DNA from: Podospora anserina
Taxonomy: Eukaryota
Direction: 5' to 3'
Assembly (NCBI GenBank): GCA_017654855.1
Contig: CM030332.1
Coordinates: 620,001-684,000 of the forward strand
Length of the DNA: 64,000 nucleotides
A program made the translations under genes and the position numbers. Within the stretch, counting starts at the first letter, position 1. Every line of letters begins with the position of its first letter. This document shows positions 60,920 through 64,000 of this stretch, piece by piece. Under the pieces are notes generated by a model that did no database searches, had not been told where the DNA came from, and was given only the letters and a program-made list of their open reading frames with translations.

Positions 60920-62834
60920 TTAACCAACATTCTCAATCTGATGATGATCACCGCCATTGTTGCCATTACCGTTCCCCCCATTGCTGTTATTGCTATTGTC
61001 CTTATTCCTCTTCTTCTCCTTCTTCGCCCACCTCAGACCGCAGGCGTTGCAGAGCGTCTTCGGACCGTTGGGTCCCTTGCGCCATTCGGGCGAGTCAAGC
61101 GTTCCTAGCGTCATAAAAATCAGTTCACCGTAGATAGAAAGAAAAAGAAAAGACAGAAATGAAAGAGAAGATACCTACCGCAATCGGTACAAACATACTC
61201 CTCCGTCACCTTCAACTTCTTCTTCTTATCCCCCCCCCCCTCGGGTCCCTGTCAGCCGGTATCGCGATCCCCGCATCCCCCTTCACCAGCGTCGGGCTCG
61301 CGTTCCCCGTCGTGATCCCCCTGCTTCTCTCCCCCTGCTGGTACCGCAACCCGGTAAGCATCTCGATCGTGTCCACGTGCGTCCCGCCTTCGTACCGCGC
61401 CATCTTGTCCCTGATCGAATCCGGCCTGTTGCTCCCCGTCATCCCCTCCAGCGCCTCCCTCGTCAGACTCACCGCCGCCGCCGCGGCAGCAGCAGCCGCA
61501 GCCGCGCTGGCGCTCGCGGGCAAGTTGGGAGGCGGCATGTCGGTCGAGGCGGCGGCATTCCCAGACATGGTGTACATCGGCGACGTGGCCGTCGGCCTGG
61601 CGCCCCCACCACCAAATAAAGTGGACGTGTCCGCGTCAGAAGGGGTGATGTCCGATCTTTCTTCCTGACTCTGCCGCCACGTGCGGTGCGACTCCTCCAC
61701 CTCGTCCTGCTCCTCCCGCTTGAGCTCCGCTATCCGGCGCTTGAGCCGCTCGTTTTCAATCTTGTGCTCCAGGAACGAGTCCAAAAACCCGGCGTTCTTG
61801 GTCGGGTACGGACGGGACATCATAAAGACGGCCTGGCAAAAGGGGGATTGGTTGTTGGGGTTGGGCGCGAACTTCGCGGCGGCGATGTGGGCGTGGCCGA
61901 CGGACTCAAAGATGGCGTACTTGTTGTCGGATTTTCGGAGGCGGTAGAACAATCGGAGCGGGGAGCCCGAGGCGATGGACTCGTGGAGCTCCGAGGTGAA
62001 GACGCCGACGTCGTCGGGGTGGATCAGGTCTTTGAGGAAGACGTCGAGGAGGTCGGCCGGCTTGTGGCCCGTGAGTTTCTCGACGCTGGGGGAGACATGC
62101 TTGATGCGGCCGTTGGCGTCGAGGATGTGGAGGAAGTCCTGGAGCTCTTCTACGACTTTGGCGGGCCAGTTGCGGCGCTTGGTGAACTCGGTGACCGTGT
62201 TGGCCGTGGTGTTGGAGCCGCCACTCCCACCCCCACTTCCGGATCCCAACGTCGCGACGGGGAGGGGGCCGGCGCCGGGCCCGACTCCTCCTCCTCCGCC
62301 GCCGCCTACGTTTGCGGTGGATGACGAGTCGTCCGGGGAGAAGGGCAGGTCGACCGACGGCGCCAGGCCTGCTGACGGGGAGGGCTGTACGGCGGCGGGG
62401 CCTGAGGGGTTGAAGGGCTGCTGGGCGTCGAGGCTCATGGACATGTTGTCGTCAAATGGGGAAAACATGGAACTGTCCAGCAGCGACATCATGTCGTTCG
62501 GATCACCGCTCATCTGCACGACCAATCGGCCACAGGCGTCAGTGTGGGGTGAGTACTATTTTTTCGTCATATGTTGGAGGAACTCAAGCTTGGTGATGGT
62601 GATCGGATGAAGACAAGGTATAGGTAGGTACAGGTACAGGTATAGGTATAGGTACGTGACATGCGAAAATGAGAACAAAGACAAAGAAACAAAATTAGAG
62701 GACAAGAGTTTTTGCTGTTGTTGCTTGCGAAAACGTCAAGAATAGTAGTTGCTCACAGTAACGCCGCCCACGGAGCCCGTGCCATAGCCAAAATAGTTGC
62801 TCCCCGACAGAGAGGGAGGAGGCCCGTGAGACAT
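60920..62834 (-). CDS. wc-2: White collar-2 (PAS + GATA zinc finger); exons 62834-62757, 62513-61179, 61104-60920; frameshifted as given at the G11 run 61230-61240
   Basis: Exon 1 MSHGPPP...; intron 62756-62514 (GTGAGC...CTGAC...CAG). PAS region [18 protein letters not shown]...IHPDD. The GATA finger [32 protein letters not shown] is split by intron 61178-61105. The frame breaks in the G run before [10 protein letters not shown]. Confidence 0.93.
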
Positions 62835-64000
62835 GGTAAATAGTACGGAATAGTTGGTGTGAGTGGTGTGGTTTGCTGCTGGGTCGCAGCAGGGGTGTAT
62901 GGTTCGTAGGCTCTCTTTTTAGGGGGAGGCTGCGAGTTGACCAACTAGGAAATAATGTAAAGCAACGCAGCAGCGCATCGATGAGGACCCCTTCTGGCGC
63001 TGCACATTGCCGGGTCGCGAGACAAGTAGAACTTTTGTCGGGTGTATTGAGGGGTCAAAAAAACATCAACGACACCACCGTCCGAGTATATGAGTATATG
63101 CGAGATTGGCGAGAGGTAGGTTGATTTGAGACGAATAATAAGCCGGGAAGATAGGTAGGATATAAGGGCGACAGCCAAGGTTTGGCTGTAAAAGGAGAGG
63201 CAACACCTGGTTTGATGATGGCAGCAGCAAAGCAAAAACTCGGCCGCGGGAACCCTTTTTAGGGAGGATGGGATTCCTTCAATTCAGGATGGGAATCTCT
63301 TTCGCAGCGGACCCCTCGCACCCCCGTTGCCCCCCCCAGACATGGCCTGAGCTTCAGCTGCCAGGCCTGCCACCGCTCAATGTCAGAACCGTGACCGGGA
63401 TGGTGTGTCCTCGACGTGGGACTTGGGTGACGACGCTAAACCCTGCCGACAGAATGCCCAGTGGTGCCCTGACTGGAGCTGACTGGTTGCGAGATATTCC
63501 CTCCAATCTGTAGCGGTCTAGACTCGGGGAAGAGACGTCAGCGCAGCCGAAGCGAGACTCGCCCCAAGATGCTGTCTGTATCTCTATATAGACCAGAGAC
63601 CTCATGAACCTTGCCGACCCCGTGGCGGAAGAGGCACCGCAGGCACCTGGCAGGCCGGGAGTGTGTGAGAGTGTGTGAGAGTGTGTTTGTGATGAGCAGG
63701 GACTTTTCCAGGGCCGCAATCGTAAGTGTAGCTCTAGCAAAACTGACATCATCTGGCCTGTATAAGGCGGTACAGAGAAGGGTTCCCGCGTCCCTGTGGC
63801 ACCTCCGAGAGCCCGAATTATTGATTGGGGGATACGGCCGCCCAGTCAGCGCCGTGGCATTCACGGTTGGTCCTTGCTGACCGGATTCGGGGAAGTCCAC
63901 GTGCAGAACCTATACTTGTGGTTTTACGAATTATTCTAGGGTTCTTTTTTTTTTTTTTTTTGGGGGTGTCCATGGTGATCTTCAACGAAGCCTTGAGCCT

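Noticed and set aside
61225-61286. Cryptic 62-nt intron (GTGAAG...CTGAC...AAG) that would restore the wc-2 frame
   Set aside because: Weak donor and acceptor, and it would delete the [13 protein letters not shown] segment that I recall as conserved coding sequence in WC-2.

Overview
Eukaryotic, intron-containing DNA from a filamentous ascomycete. The gene set, intron signals and a RIP-like AT-rich repeat suggest Sordariales, possibly Podospora-like (inference). I reconstructed 13 protein-coding genes by hand. In order: a secreted GH76 (runs off the left edge), mitochondrial adenylate kinase ADK2, LETM1/MDM38, a UPF0658-like membrane protein, D-lactate dehydrogenase, an amidase, a low-complexity hypothetical protein, a CPS1/GT2-type polysaccharide synthase, a P-loop kinase-like protein, a conserved hypothetical protein, GWT1, a Kin4-like kinase and white collar-2. 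A 542-bp TA-flanked TIR element with an AT-rich interior lies upstream of the amidase. Most notable: (1) wc-2 as given is frameshifted in a G11 run just before its GATA zinc finger, which is either a sequencing error or a real allele; (2) the GT2 gene sits alone in about 24 kb with no other recognisable gene, a stretch holding long orphan ORFs and small-ORF candidates; (3) a well-formed TATA/intron/54-aa microprotein candidate at about 15.5-15.9 kb; (4) tandem ATCTGATAA sites in the ADK2-MDM38 divergent promoter. I found no tRNA, rRNA or CRISPR array, and no clearly demonstrable new multi-gene system.
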